Virus record (IMG/VR): IMGVR_UViG_3300020050_009836
Coordinates: 1 to 64,000 of that record
Length of the DNA stretch: 64,000 nucleotides
Direction: 5' to 3' (one strand)
Origin: a virus
Taxonomy: Duplodnaviria > Caudoviricetes
The first letter of the stretch is position 1; each line of letters starts with the position of its first letter. This document shows, piece by piece, positions 19,027 to 29,746 of this stretch. The notes beneath the pieces are model-generated. The model was not told where the DNA came from. It saw only the letters and a program-made list of their open reading frames with translations, and did no database searches. Position numbers and translations under genes: made by a program.

Positions 19027-20942
19027 AGGTTGCTTACCGTCAACTTCATTGGACCGTAGACGACTGTGTCAGAACCACCGTTATTGCGGTTTACGTAGAT
19101 GTTGTATGAGCCGGGAGCAGTAGTCACTGCCGTGTCAAGCACGAACGTCATTTCACCGTTTGACTGATACTGGATTATTGTAGGATACGTAGCCACTAAG
19201 TTGTTGAGTGAGTAGACTTGAACAGTACACGTAGCAGAGCCGATAGGTACTGGCTTTTGATTTACGTCAGTTATCTGTAGTTTAACTGTAATCGACGAAC
19301 CCTTGATAACATCTAACGCACCGTTAGCACCTAACTGGTCACTGATTAACTTGTAGCCGGTTGTGCTGATAAGCGTTGTTGATTGTTCAAGTTCCGCTGT
19401 GATGTATGCACCGTTAGTACCGACTGCACCCTTGATAGCAATGCCTAACGATGTTGTGTAGTTATCTATGGCTTGATTCGGTAAGTCGAATCGATAGAAG
19501 CCGGGAAGGTTGACTGGGTCGATTTCACAGAAACCACCAGCGACCCATGCTCCACCAACTGTTTGTGCAACTAGAGGTACAGCAACTGACGTAGCATTAT
19601 TGCGTGTATATCTAGCGTTTAAGTTTGGTGTAGTTGATGTAAGTCCGGTAACACCAAGGAATACTGTGATTGCGTTGCTGGTTGAGCCGGGTGTTAGCCG
19701 TACAGCCATCGTTTGTTTATCTTGCGGTATGTACTGACCAACATTTGTTTGTGCTTTTAAAGCAATTGCACCTAAAGTAGATGCACTACTTGGCGTATAT
19801 GGTGTACCAAACATGTCAACGTCGTTACGATACCTTCTGTGATTTGTTGTGCCGCTTGCAGTAGGAGTTAGTCCAGTACAAGTAAAAGAAGTGGTGCTTG
19901 TTACTGTTGCCACAACGTACATACTGTAAGCAACAACGTTACCTACGGTAGATGTGAATTGGACTCTGTCACCGACAGAATACGTATTACCACCTGACGG
20001 TATTTCTGCTGTTCCACTAGTTATTGACACAGTAGCAGACGTTGGCTGACCAGCGGAAATTATCGTGCTACCAAGACGTGGTCCATATGGGTCGTATGGA
20101 GTCAACCCAACTAACTTTTCACTAAACAGTGATGACATATTTGGAGTTGAAATAATTAAACCATCATATTGACGTATAGGAAATGATGATGATGTTGTAC
20201 TTGTTGCAATACCAATAGACTGTGCATTTCCCAATGTATTGTTTATAAAATAAGAATAGCCTTGAGTATAGCCATTTACCTGTACATTACTGTTTCTTTG
20301 GTCACTATTAACATTACCACCACCAAGAATAATGTTATTGGCAACAAATACATTTGCGTCGTAATCTGCTGTACCTGTAAGCGTTATTAAAATGGCGTTT
20401 GAGTGAACAACCATTGCCGCTTCTCTATAAAAAACATTATTTGTTAACGTTAAATTTGCAACCGTATTACTAGTAGTTGAGAAGAATAATAAGTTAGCGG
20501 CTACCGTAGAACCTAAGAATACGCATTTATCTATTTTAATATCCCTGCACGTATTTAGTTCTAGTCCCCTATTTGATGGTGCCTCAAATCGTATATTTTG
20601 AAAAGTTAGGTAATTCTTTGATGTTCCAGTACATAATATTGAACCTGTACCGGATGTTCCAATAGTGTCATTAATGTATCCAGTCCACCTAACAAGACCG
20701 GGAGTTAAATCTGCAAATTGTGCTGCTGTTGGGTCACCGATAATACGTGTTTCGGATGTAGCACTTGTCATACCAATGGTTACGAACTCATAGTAACGAC
20801 CCGGCGCAATGTAAAGAGTGTCTCCTGAAGAAATACCGGATGCCCCTAACGCCTTTGCTAGAGTCTGCCACGCTTGTGATGGAGTTGGACCCAATCCAGT
20901 ATTTGCGTTGTTTCCATCATTACGGACGTAGTAAGTAGCCAT
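19023..20942 (-). CDS. beta-helix (pectin-lyase-like) virion protein + conserved C-terminal module, copy 6
   Basis: MATYYV..G...AW.T..KAL...GDT.YIAPG.Y cap, solenoid repeats, shared C-domain. Confidence 0.8.
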   Translation of the reverse strand: MATYYVRNDGNNANTGLGPTPSQAWQTLAKALGASGISSGDTLYIAPGRYYEFVTIGMTSATSETRIIGDPTAAQFADLTPGLVRWTGYINDTIGTSGTGSILCTGTSKNYLTFQNIRFEAPSNRGLELNTCRDIKIDKCVFLGSTVAANLLFFSTTSNTVANLTLTNNVFYREAAMVVHSNAILITLTGTADYDANVFVANNIILGGGNVNSDQRNSNVQVNGYTQGYSYFINNTLGNAQSIGIATSTTSSSFPIRQYDGLIISTPNMSSLFSEKLVGLTPYDPYGPRLGSTIISAGQPTSATVSITSGTAEIPSGGNTYSVGDRVQFTSTVGNVVAYSMYVVATVTSTTSFTCTGLTPTASGTTNHRRYRNDVDMFGTPYTPSSASTLGAIALKAQTNVGQYIPQDKQTMAVRLTPGSTSNAITVFLGVTGLTSTTPNLNARYTRNNATSVAVPLVAQTVGGAWVAGGFCEIDPVNLPGFYRFDLPNQAIDNYTTSLGIAIKGAVGTNGAYITAELEQSTTLISTTGYKLISDQLGANGALDVIKGSSITVKLQITDVNQKPVPIGSATCTVQVYSLNNLVATYPTIIQYQSNGEMTFVLDTAVTTAPGSYNIYVNRNNGGSDTVVYGPMKLTVSNL

Positions 20943-22963
20943 TACTTCCTCTTCACTCTAACAATCATCGGACCGTGTATTGTTGTATCGGAACCACCAT
21001 TGTTGCGCCTCACATACAACTTATACTCAGCCGGATTAGCAGTCACAACACTATCAAGCACAAACGTCATTTCACCGTTAGCATCGTACTGAATAGTAGG
21101 CGTATAAGTACTTATCAGGTTTCCGGCTGAATACGCCTCTACGGTACACGTAGCAGCTCCTACGGGCACTGCTGTGTTATACGTATCGACTATCTGCAAC
21201 TTGACTGTTGTTTGTGTTCCTTGAACAATATCTAGTTCATCGTTTGCACCGAGTTGGTCGCTTATCAACTTGTAGCCGGGAGTACTAATCAACATCGATG
21301 CTTGGTCAAACTCTACGGTCACATACGCACCGTTAGAACCAGATGCACCCTTGATAGCAAACGAAGCCGATGTCGTACCGGTTGCTATCATTGCGTTAGG
21401 GATATCGAACCTATACAAGCCCGGTAGTTTGATTGAGTCTACTTCACAGAATCCACCAGATACCCACGCACCAGTTGGTGTCTGAATAACAAGCGGTACG
21501 GTTACTGTAGCACTGTTGTTTCTTACATAGTAGCAAACAAGGTTAGGCGTGTTGAACGAGATGCCGGTAACACCTAGGAATACATAGGTAGTCTGACTTT
21601 GTGAGCCGGGTGTAGTTCTATAAGTAGTTACTTGCTTTTCAGTTGGTATGTACTGACCGATAGTGCTAAGGTCTACACGGTTAGCCATGCCGATGGTTGG
21701 TTGACTAGATGAAGGATATGCAGTTCCAAACGCATCTGTTGTTAGTATGTATCGTCTATGTACGATTGTTCCAGCAGTAGATGGAGTCAATCCCGTACAA
21801 GTGAAGGATGTCGTAGAAGTAACTGTTGCGACAGTATAAATCTGATTAGCCGTGATGTTTCCAAGAGTGGTTAGGAAGACTACTTTGTCACCAACAACAT
21901 ATGCGTTTCCACCTAATGGTATTTCGGCTGATGAAGCAGTTATACCAACTGAAGGCGAGTTAGGCGTACCAGATGAGATAAGGTTACTTCCTAGGCGTGG
22001 TGCATACCAGTCGTTTACGCCAAGACCAAACAGTCGTTCCATTCCGTGAGACAGTGATGGATTTACGGTCAAGTTGTTTGAACCATTGACTACGTTTACA
22101 GAAACATTAAAGAAACTAGTTGTGCCACACGCAAACCTGTTGTAGTCAGCGTAAATTGCGTTTGATATATTTGCATTCGCATAGTAATAACTACATTGTT
22201 GTGTGTAATTGTTATAGAATTTTGCCTGTAGTGTTGCGTCAGTAACACCAGATACTTCTAAGCATCTGTGAACCTGATGAAATGTATTGTTGAACACGAG
22301 TGAGTTAGCCGGTGTATAACCTGACATAAAAATAGCACTGTTACCAGAACCATTAGCAACATTTCCACCAGTGAAGTAATTGTTTGCAATAATTGTATTT
22401 GATTCTATAGCCGACGAACCAGCATGTGTAACTGCTAAGACAACAGAACCTAAAGCCGTTCTACATAAAACTATATTGTCAGTAAAAATAAAATTCAATG
22501 CCACATTGTTTGGACTGCCGATAGTGCCAGCATTACTCCAACAAATAAAAGCACATTGGTCTATAGTCCAGTTTGTACATGTCGTTGCACTAAAGCCAGT
22601 ATTCCAGTTATCAAACAACAGTTTACGGAATGTCAGGAAGTTCTTTGAAGTTGCTGTTATAGCAGTACCTGAAAAGTTAGAGCCTGTGTCTGCCGCTGTA
22701 CTAGTCAACCTAACTACACCCGGCGTGATGTCATTAAACTGAGTACACGTTGGGTCACCAAGTACACGAGTTTCAACCGTAGCAGAAATCATGTTGATGG
22801 TCAACGTTTCGTTGTACCGACCCGGTGCAATATAAACCGTATCACCAGACGAAATACCAGCCGCACCTAACGCCTTCTGTATCGTCTGCCACGCTTGCAA
22901 CCGACCGGGTCCAAGACCAGTATTGGCATCCGCACCATCGTTCCTGACGTAATAAGTTGCCAC
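20942..22963 (-). CDS. beta-helix virion protein + conserved C-terminal module, copy 5
   Basis: Same architecture; stop/start overlap. Confidence 0.8.
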   Translation of the reverse strand: MATYYVRNDGADANTGLGPGRLQAWQTIQKALGAAGISSGDTVYIAPGRYNETLTINMISATVETRVLGDPTCTQFNDITPGVVRLTSTAADTGSNFSGTAITATSKNFLTFRKLLFDNWNTGFSATTCTNWTIDQCAFICWSNAGTIGSPNNVALNFIFTDNIVLCRTALGSVVLAVTHAGSSAIESNTIIANNYFTGGNVANGSGNSAIFMSGYTPANSLVFNNTFHQVHRCLEVSGVTDATLQAKFYNNYTQQCSYYYANANISNAIYADYNRFACGTTSFFNVSVNVVNGSNNLTVNPSLSHGMERLFGLGVNDWYAPRLGSNLISSGTPNSPSVGITASSAEIPLGGNAYVVGDKVVFLTTLGNITANQIYTVATVTSTTSFTCTGLTPSTAGTIVHRRYILTTDAFGTAYPSSSQPTIGMANRVDLSTIGQYIPTEKQVTTYRTTPGSQSQTTYVFLGVTGISFNTPNLVCYYVRNNSATVTVPLVIQTPTGAWVSGGFCEVDSIKLPGLYRFDIPNAMIATGTTSASFAIKGASGSNGAYVTVEFDQASMLISTPGYKLISDQLGANDELDIVQGTQTTVKLQIVDTYNTAVPVGAATCTVEAYSAGNLISTYTPTIQYDANGEMTFVLDSVVTANPAEYKLYVRRNNGGSDTTIHGPMIVRVKRK

Positions 22964-24828
22964 TACAGTCTCCTAATCCTAAGCGACAGCGGTCCATAAA
23001 CAACAGAATCAGTTGAGCCGCTAGTCTTTGTACAATACACGTTATAGTCACCGTACGTAGCACTTACGTTAGTAGATAGTACGAAGGTTATCTCGCCGTT
23101 TCCTGCATATCTTACAGTTGGCGTATACGAAGCGACTAAGTTGTTTGTACTGTTATAAACTTCAACTGACAACGTAGCACCAGCAATATTAGAAGGTGCT
23201 TGATACATATCCAACAACTGCAACTTCACGGTAGTCGCCGTGTTAGCGTTCAACTCTAGTACATTGTTGTAGCCAGCGTCTTCAGATGCAAGCCTAAACT
23301 CGTTAGTGGACACGTAGTTCGGTTGCGGTTCACCTTCTATGTTGATGTTGATGAATGCACCGTTGAAAGCGTTAGCACCACGGAGCATGATTGACGCTGA
23401 CTTAGCACCAGCCTGTATCACAGCGTTAGGGATGTCGAATTTGTAAACACCGGGCATTGTTGTTGATGAAACTTCAAACAGTCCACCTGATATCCAAGTA
23501 GATGCGTTGCCTTGGACGAGTGGTATCTGTACAGATGCACCGTTGTCACGAGCGTAGTAGCACGTTAGGTTAGGTGTTTGGTATGTCACGCCTGTAGAGC
23601 CTAGGTAGATGTGAATTGATACGCCGGTAGAACCTGCTGTTGTGGTGATGGTTTGTACAGCACGGTCAAGTGGTACGTAGCCAGCGGTTGATGGAACAGT
23701 CGATATTTGTCTGTTGTCCATATACCCAATGGTTGGGTTTGCTTGGTTCCAAGCGTTGCCTGAAAAGTCTACTGATGGAGTTTGTTCTCCACCGTCAGTT
23801 TGATACGCACCAGCACCGATAAGGACACTTGCAGGAATTGGTGTATACGGCAAGTAGTTAAATACTCCTTGCATATATCCATCGTTGTAGTCAACTGGTA
23901 CAGTTTTTAATACCACCATATTTGATGTAATACCGTTTGATTGAGTTAGGTTATAGCCCGCTGAGTAAGTCACAAATAATGAATTACCTCTGTCTGCCTT
24001 GAACGTGTTCACTAGTCCATTACATAAAATTAAACAATTTCTTATGCCGAGTTGATAGACTTCATTCCATGAATGGATAGCAAAAATATAATTTGGTAAT
24101 TTAGCACCAGCAAGAACAGTGCAATTATGAAGCGCTACTGTGTCGGTCGATGATGCCGCATTCACCAAGAACCAGAATGACGAGATAGTTCCTGCTGGTC
24201 CAGTAGTACTTGCGGTTGTTAGATTTTCCGTAGCGTACATTAAACAATTTTTAAATATTAATTTATGTGACCTTGGAGTGTATTGGTCACCGAACGTTCT
24301 TATTGAGACATCTACTAGGACACATGAGTCGAAATATACAATTCCCTGCTGCGGACCCGCTTTGTAAATTGTCATTTCAAGACCATTTGAGTTGAAATTA
24401 CAATTGTAAAAAGTAAGCGTTGTTATAGTGGAAGTTAATCCGAAAAGATATAAATATACTTGACCATCAAATCGTAGGTCTTGAAATGTGAAGTTTGCCC
24501 TCACACCATTTATATTTAAAACTAACCCAGTTGGAGTACCCACGTCGTTAGTTAAGTTGTTAGAAATACGTACAAGACCTGCCGTTAATCCAATCCCCCA
24601 CGCAACTTGAGTAAGCGTTGCGTCACCACGGACTGTTACGTTTGTAGCCTTATCTGATAAAGACACGTTTTCACGATATACACCCGGTGCAATCCAAATA
24701 GTATCTCCACCAGATGATGTAGTGATGGCTTTTTGAACAGTCCTCCAAGCACCAGTACCAGCAGCACTTGTAGGAGCAAGCCCAGTGTTAGTATCGTTAC
24801 CGTCAGGACGCACATAGTAAGTAGCCAT
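22963..24828 (-). CDS. beta-helix virion protein + conserved C-terminal module, copy 4
   Basis: Same architecture; stop/start overlap. Confidence 0.8.
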   Translation of the reverse strand: MATYYVRPDGNDTNTGLAPTSAAGTGAWRTVQKAITTSSGGDTIWIAPGVYRENVSLSDKATNVTVRGDATLTQVAWGIGLTAGLVRISNNLTNDVGTPTGLVLNINGVRANFTFQDLRFDGQVYLYLFGLTSTITTLTFYNCNFNSNGLEMTIYKAGPQQGIVYFDSCVLVDVSIRTFGDQYTPRSHKLIFKNCLMYATENLTTASTTGPAGTISSFWFLVNAASSTDTVALHNCTVLAGAKLPNYIFAIHSWNEVYQLGIRNCLILCNGLVNTFKADRGNSLFVTYSAGYNLTQSNGITSNMVVLKTVPVDYNDGYMQGVFNYLPYTPIPASVLIGAGAYQTDGGEQTPSVDFSGNAWNQANPTIGYMDNRQISTVPSTAGYVPLDRAVQTITTTAGSTGVSIHIYLGSTGVTYQTPNLTCYYARDNGASVQIPLVQGNASTWISGGLFEVSSTTMPGVYKFDIPNAVIQAGAKSASIMLRGANAFNGAFININIEGEPQPNYVSTNEFRLASEDAGYNNVLELNANTATTVKLQLLDMYQAPSNIAGATLSVEVYNSTNNLVASYTPTVRYAGNGEITFVLSTNVSATYGDYNVYCTKTSGSTDSVVYGPLSLRIRRL

Positions 24829-26690
24829 TACAGTTCATTTACCTTTATCTGCAACGGTCCAAACACCGCTCTATCAGTCGTAGAAGCAGAACGTATCGCA
24901 TAAGCGTTGTACGTACCTGCCGTACCAGTAATCTGTGTATCAAGCACAAACGTCAGATGACCGTTACCCGCATACTGAATAGTAGGCGTGTATGACGCAA
25001 GCAACACATTAGAGCCTGTGTAGACCTCTACAGTCATCGTAGACGAGCCTATTGCAACAGCAGTGCCGTTTGTATCCGCTATCTGACATTTGACCGTGGT
25101 GACCGTTCGCTTGTTTACAGTCAGTACACCATCAGAGCCAGCGTACTCGGACAAGAACTTATAACCAAGCGTGGATAGATAAGCCGACTGAGCCGGTTGT
25201 TCGATATTGATATTTACAAAAGCACCATTGAATGCATTAGCACCACGTAACATAATTGATGCAGTAGTTGCTCCAGCTTCTATTACAGCGTTAGGTACAT
25301 CAAACTTATATACACCCGGCATAGTCACGGCAGATACTTCGAATAGGCTACCAGAGACCCATGTAGAAGCATTACCAGCCACTAGCGGTATGTTGACTGA
25401 TGTACCGTTGTTACGTGCGTAGTAGCAAGTAAGGTTAGGTGTTTGGAATGTTACTCCGGTAGAGCCTAAGTAGACGTGTACTGACTTGCCTGTTTCACCA
25501 GCGGTTACTGTGAGCGTTTGGATTGAACGGTCAAGTGGTACGTAACCAGCCGTTGCCGGAACAGTTGAAACTTGCCTGTTGTCCATATAGCCAATCGTTG
25601 GATTGGTTTGATTCCATGCATTGCCTGAAAAGTCAACGGTAGGAACGGTTACAGTCGCAGCTGTAGCGGTTGTTCCAGCACCTATAATACGACTACCAAC
25701 ATATGGTGTATATGGCAGGTAACCAGCAAATGCCTGTAGATATGACTCATTGACATCAATTGGGTATGTTGTCACACTGAATGAATTAGCACCACTACTT
25801 ACACCTGACCGAGTCAAATTCAATCCAGCGTTGTAGTTTTCTATTACTTGACCTCTGTCTGAACCAAATACAGCCGTGGTTGCATTACATAAAAACAAAC
25901 AGTTTGTTACGTATGGGGACGGACTTGCGCCCCAACCAAAGTTTGTAAGAATATATCCGGGTTGATTTTTCCCAGCAGTAAAAGTGTTATTTATGTAAAC
26001 AGAAGCAGGTCCAACGCCGTCTGAACTAGAACTATATGAGTGCCAAAATGAAGAGAATGTTCCACCGGGACTTACTATCGTTGCTCTATCGGCATTTGTA
26101 CATACATAGTGCAAACAGTTCGTAAACACAACTCTATGTGCTGTTGTGGTGTTATTGAAACCAACAGTAAAGTTAACGGGAAAGTCTACTGTTATGCATC
26201 TATCGAATGTTAATCTATCTACTGCTGGTGCTGTATTCGTGCGAAAGGCTATACTACTTTCAGAACCATTGCCTATAAAAACACAATCAGTAAAAGATGT
26301 AGTTAGATATGTACCTACGCTTATTTTTCCTTCAAACCGCAAGTCTGAAAAACTGTACTGATTTTGTATTGACAGTGTAGTGCCACTTGCTGAACCAGAG
26401 TCGTTGGTCTGAATATTAGTTATGCGGACAAGCCCGACTGTAAGACCAGAACCCCAAGCTACCTGTGTAAGAGTTGCATCACCACGAAAAGTAATCACCG
26501 TTGCTTGAGCCGCTACTGCCGATGTAAGATTCTCCCTATACGTACCCGGTGCTATCCATACAGTGTCACCACCAACTGCAACAGACAACGCCTTATTGAC
26601 AGTCCTATACGAACCAGTACCAGCAGCATTGGTAGGAGTCAGGCCAGTGTTATTATCATTGCCGTCAGGACGTACATAATACGTAGGCAT
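24828..26690 (-). CDS. beta-helix virion protein + conserved C-terminal module, copy 3
   Basis: Same architecture. Confidence 0.8.
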   Translation of the reverse strand: MPTYYVRPDGNDNNTGLTPTNAAGTGSYRTVNKALSVAVGGDTVWIAPGTYRENLTSAVAAQATVITFRGDATLTQVAWGSGLTVGLVRITNIQTNDSGSASGTTLSIQNQYSFSDLRFEGKISVGTYLTTSFTDCVFIGNGSESSIAFRTNTAPAVDRLTFDRCITVDFPVNFTVGFNNTTTAHRVVFTNCLHYVCTNADRATIVSPGGTFSSFWHSYSSSSDGVGPASVYINNTFTAGKNQPGYILTNFGWGASPSPYVTNCLFLCNATTAVFGSDRGQVIENYNAGLNLTRSGVSSGANSFSVTTYPIDVNESYLQAFAGYLPYTPYVGSRIIGAGTTATAATVTVPTVDFSGNAWNQTNPTIGYMDNRQVSTVPATAGYVPLDRSIQTLTVTAGETGKSVHVYLGSTGVTFQTPNLTCYYARNNGTSVNIPLVAGNASTWVSGSLFEVSAVTMPGVYKFDVPNAVIEAGATTASIMLRGANAFNGAFVNINIEQPAQSAYLSTLGYKFLSEYAGSDGVLTVNKRTVTTVKCQIADTNGTAVAIGSSTMTVEVYTGSNVLLASYTPTIQYAGNGHLTFVLDTQITGTAGTYNAYAIRSASTTDRAVFGPLQIKVNEL

Positions 26691-26691
26691 C

Positions 26692-26991
26692 TTATTCGCC
26701 TGTACCGTTGACTATATGCCAAGCCATACGCTGTAGGAACTCGTCTACCCAGCCTTCTTGCAACTGTAAACTTGAAGTCGTAAAAAAACCAAACAACGAA
26801 GTACCTTGTGGAACACCATCAACATCAGGATTATCGAAACTTCCAATAACTGTGGATGGGTCAACAGGCTGAGTTGGGTCGTTAGGGTCAGGCTGATACC
26901 ACTGATTGACTATCTGACCAAATACACGCCAGTCGTTCGTTAGAGCGTCATGTTCTTTACGGATATTAGCAAAACTGTACTGGTCGTTCAT
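26692..26991 (-). CDS. small array-partner protein (99 aa), paralog C
   Basis: DWRVFGQI...G-F...MAWHIVNGTGE resembles the two 75-aa paralogs. Confidence 0.65.
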   Translation of the reverse strand: MNDQYSFANIRKEHDALTNDWRVFGQIVNQWYQPDPNDPTQPVDPSTVIGSFDNPDVDGVPQGTSLFGFFTTSSLQLQEGWVDEFLQRMAWHIVNGTGE

Positions 26992-27006
26992 ATGTTTAGT
27001 CTAGCC

Positions 27007-28782
27007 TTACGGTGATAGCACTTCAAGTTTCATTCTGCCGAATACGTTTGTCTCCGTGCCAATCTGCCGGTAGATGTTGATGGTATACATACCTACGTTG
27101 TCTGTGACAGTTGAGTCAATGGCGAATGAGTAGCGTCCGTCTAGTGCGTACATTGCTGTACAAGTGTATGTGTCGATAAGGAAGCCAGCGGCGTTGTAGA
27201 CCTTTGCAGTAACAACAGTGCCTGTGCCGTCAACTCCTGTGCCGTACGCATCAACCATCTTGAAGTCAATGGAGTGTACAGAGCCTTGGATAAGTTTGAG
27301 TCTGTCGTCTGTTAGGATTCCGTCTGCTTGTACGGTGAATGGACCCATACGTAGTTGAGTGCCTACGGCTTGTGGTTCTTGAATAGTTACCACTGCACCG
27401 TTTGTGCCAGATGCACCACGAACAACAATTGTTGTGTTGACGTATCCAGTAGCGATTGCTTCGTTAGGTATGTCTAAACGATAAACACCGGGCATTGTCA
27501 CTGGGTTGACTTCAGCAAAACCACCTGCTATCCAAGGTTGAGCGATGGTTCTGGCAACTAAAGGTATAGCAACGTCAGACGTACGATTTTTGTTGTATCT
27601 TGCAGTTAGTCCACTTGTTGTTACGGTTATGCCTGTAGAGCCAAGATATATTTCAACTGATTGAGATGTGCTACCAGAAGCAAGTGTTATTGTTGTTTGA
27701 TTTCTTTCTGTTGGTATGTATGCACTAACTGTATTGAAAGACTTAAATTCACAAGCACCTACAGATGGTGGATTAGCCCACGCATTACCATAAAAGTCCG
27801 TACCAAATGAATATGCCGGTTGTCCTGCGCCTATAAGGACATCACCATTAAGCGGCGTATATGACATTATTTCAGCGTCGATAGGGTTGATGTATACAGG
27901 ACTACCAACAAAAGCACGATGGTACAACTGCTTTGAATTTGCTCCTGAATTAACTCCACCACCTCTTGAAATGTAACCAACGTTTGCGTCTTCGATAATG
28001 CAGTCGGTTACCCCACACCCAAATGTTGGTGACGTATAACTTGGAATGATTAAACAGTTGTAAACAAATAGCGAGTTCACTGGAGGGGAATAACCACGAA
28101 AGATTTGTTGAGCCGCAGCACCGAAAATAGTACAGTTCGACATAATTATCCTAGGTGAACCAGAATTCGCTAATTCAAATGCCCCACTTGAATATGTTCC
28201 GGCTTCCCATAAACAAGCATTAAATCGAGTATTTGTAGAATTTCCTGAACCGCTAGTATAAATAGACCCCTGCATATAACATTTGTCAAACAATATATTC
28301 AATTGCCCGGTTGTCCGTATTTCAACAGTGGCTAGATTCGGTGCGCCCGGAGTTGGTTGATGAGGAGTTGTTATCTGACAACGAATAAATGTGACGTTGG
28401 TTGTGTTATTTGAAAGAATAATCCTATGTTCAAACCAGATAGATTCAAACGTAAGATAAGACTTTCCATTTGTGTCGAAACTGCCTAGGTATGTTGATGT
28501 GTTTAATGCATCGGTAACCAATCCTGTTATACGTATATAACCTGAGTTGATTCCAGTAAATTGAGATGCCCTCCTATCGCCAATAATGTTTACATTACTT
28601 GCGTATGTTCCACCAACAGTAACCGTTTCTCTATATGTACCCGGAGCAATGTATATGGTGTCTCCAGAAGTAACACCAGTAGCACCTAACGCTTTTTGAA
28701 CGGTTCTCCACGCTGTTCCACTAGAGGGTCCAAGACCCGTATTGGAATCAGCACCATTTGGTTGCACATAATATGTAGCCAT
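27007..28782 (-). CDS. beta-helix virion protein + conserved C-terminal module, copy 2
   Basis: Same architecture. Confidence 0.8.
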   Translation of the reverse strand: MATYYVQPNGADSNTGLGPSSGTAWRTVQKALGATGVTSGDTIYIAPGTYRETVTVGGTYASNVNIIGDRRASQFTGINSGYIRITGLVTDALNTSTYLGSFDTNGKSYLTFESIWFEHRIILSNNTTNVTFIRCQITTPHQPTPGAPNLATVEIRTTGQLNILFDKCYMQGSIYTSGSGNSTNTRFNACLWEAGTYSSGAFELANSGSPRIIMSNCTIFGAAAQQIFRGYSPPVNSLFVYNCLIIPSYTSPTFGCGVTDCIIEDANVGYISRGGGVNSGANSKQLYHRAFVGSPVYINPIDAEIMSYTPLNGDVLIGAGQPAYSFGTDFYGNAWANPPSVGACEFKSFNTVSAYIPTERNQTTITLASGSTSQSVEIYLGSTGITVTTSGLTARYNKNRTSDVAIPLVARTIAQPWIAGGFAEVNPVTMPGVYRLDIPNEAIATGYVNTTIVVRGASGTNGAVVTIQEPQAVGTQLRMGPFTVQADGILTDDRLKLIQGSVHSIDFKMVDAYGTGVDGTGTVVTAKVYNAAGFLIDTYTCTAMYALDGRYSFAIDSTVTDNVGMYTINIYRQIGTETNVFGRMKLEVLSP

Positions 28783-29009
28783 TATTCAGACGTTCCAGAC
28801 ATAATCTCTCTAGCCATTACCCACATAAACTGCATAACTACATTCTGTTGAAACTCAACATCCTGTGCAACCCACCACGTAAAAACATCGATGCCATCCG
28901 GACCAAATGTGCCTATAACTTCGTTTTGGTCGTTGGTCATATCAGCCTTAACGTTATAGTCTGCTGGGTTGGTTGGATTAGGTGTAAGTACGATGTTTGT
29001 GATGTTCAT
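28782..29009 (-). CDS. small array-partner protein (75 aa), paralog B
   Basis: IGTFGPDG..V..WWVAQD.EFQ.N.V.QF...MA..I..GTSE. Confidence 0.75.
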   Translation of the reverse strand: MNITNIVLTPNPTNPADYNVKADMTNDQNEVIGTFGPDGIDVFTWWVAQDVEFQQNVVMQFMWVMAREIMSGTSE

Positions 29010-29746
29010 TAGTTAGCCCTTACCATAACCTTCAACGGTCCAAACACAACAACATTCCCACCAACAGCCCGTGTAATCGTAATACTGTAAACACCAGCAA
29101 CGTTAGTCACAGCAGTTGTCAGTAAGAACGTACATCTACCATCAGCGGCGTATGTTGGCGTACACGTATACGTTCCAACAAGCGTACCAGCAGAGTTATA
29201 AGCCTTAGCCTGTACAGTAGCCCCGGTAATATCAATACCGTTCTCATTGACATCAACGACTTGTACACTTACAGGAGCCTGTACACCTTGCATGATATCA
29301 AGAGGCTGGTCAGCACCAAGTCCGTCGGCTATGACTTTGTATGGACCCATTGCTAAAATTAGACCAGAATCCAATGTTGGGTCGTATCCAACAAGTTGAT
29401 ACTCCAAAGACACAGGAGCCATACCAGATGCGCCCTTTAGCATCACGACAGCGTGGTCTACACCTGTGGCAAATACAGCATTAGGGATATCAAATCGATA
29501 TATTCCCGGCAGGTTTGTTGCGTCTACCTCAACCCATCCACCAGATGACCAAGCACCAGTCACAGTCTGTGTTGCAAGTGTAATTGCTGTTGCGCTTCCA
29601 CCGGGCCTGAGATAATAAGCAGTGAAGCCGATAGCGTTATATGTAATGCCAGTTTTACCACCACCTGTCGTGCTTGTGCTATCCTGCACAAAAACGTACT
29701 CAGAGCGGCTGGATGTGGATTGCGCCTTTACGAATAACTTAGCCAC
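29009..29746 (-). CDS. stand-alone copy of the array's C-terminal module (245 aa)
   Basis: GAWSSGGWVEVDATNLPGIYRFDIPNA and VVFGPLKVMV match C-termini of the fused copies. Confidence 0.8.
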   Translation of the reverse strand: MAKLFVKAQSTSSRSEYVFVQDSTSTTGGGKTGITYNAIGFTAYYLRPGGSATAITLATQTVTGAWSSGGWVEVDATNLPGIYRFDIPNAVFATGVDHAVVMLKGASGMAPVSLEYQLVGYDPTLDSGLILAMGPYKVIADGLGADQPLDIMQGVQAPVSVQVVDVNENGIDITGATVQAKAYNSAGTLVGTYTCTPTYAADGRCTFLLTTAVTNVAGVYSITITRAVGGNVVVFGPLKVMVRAN

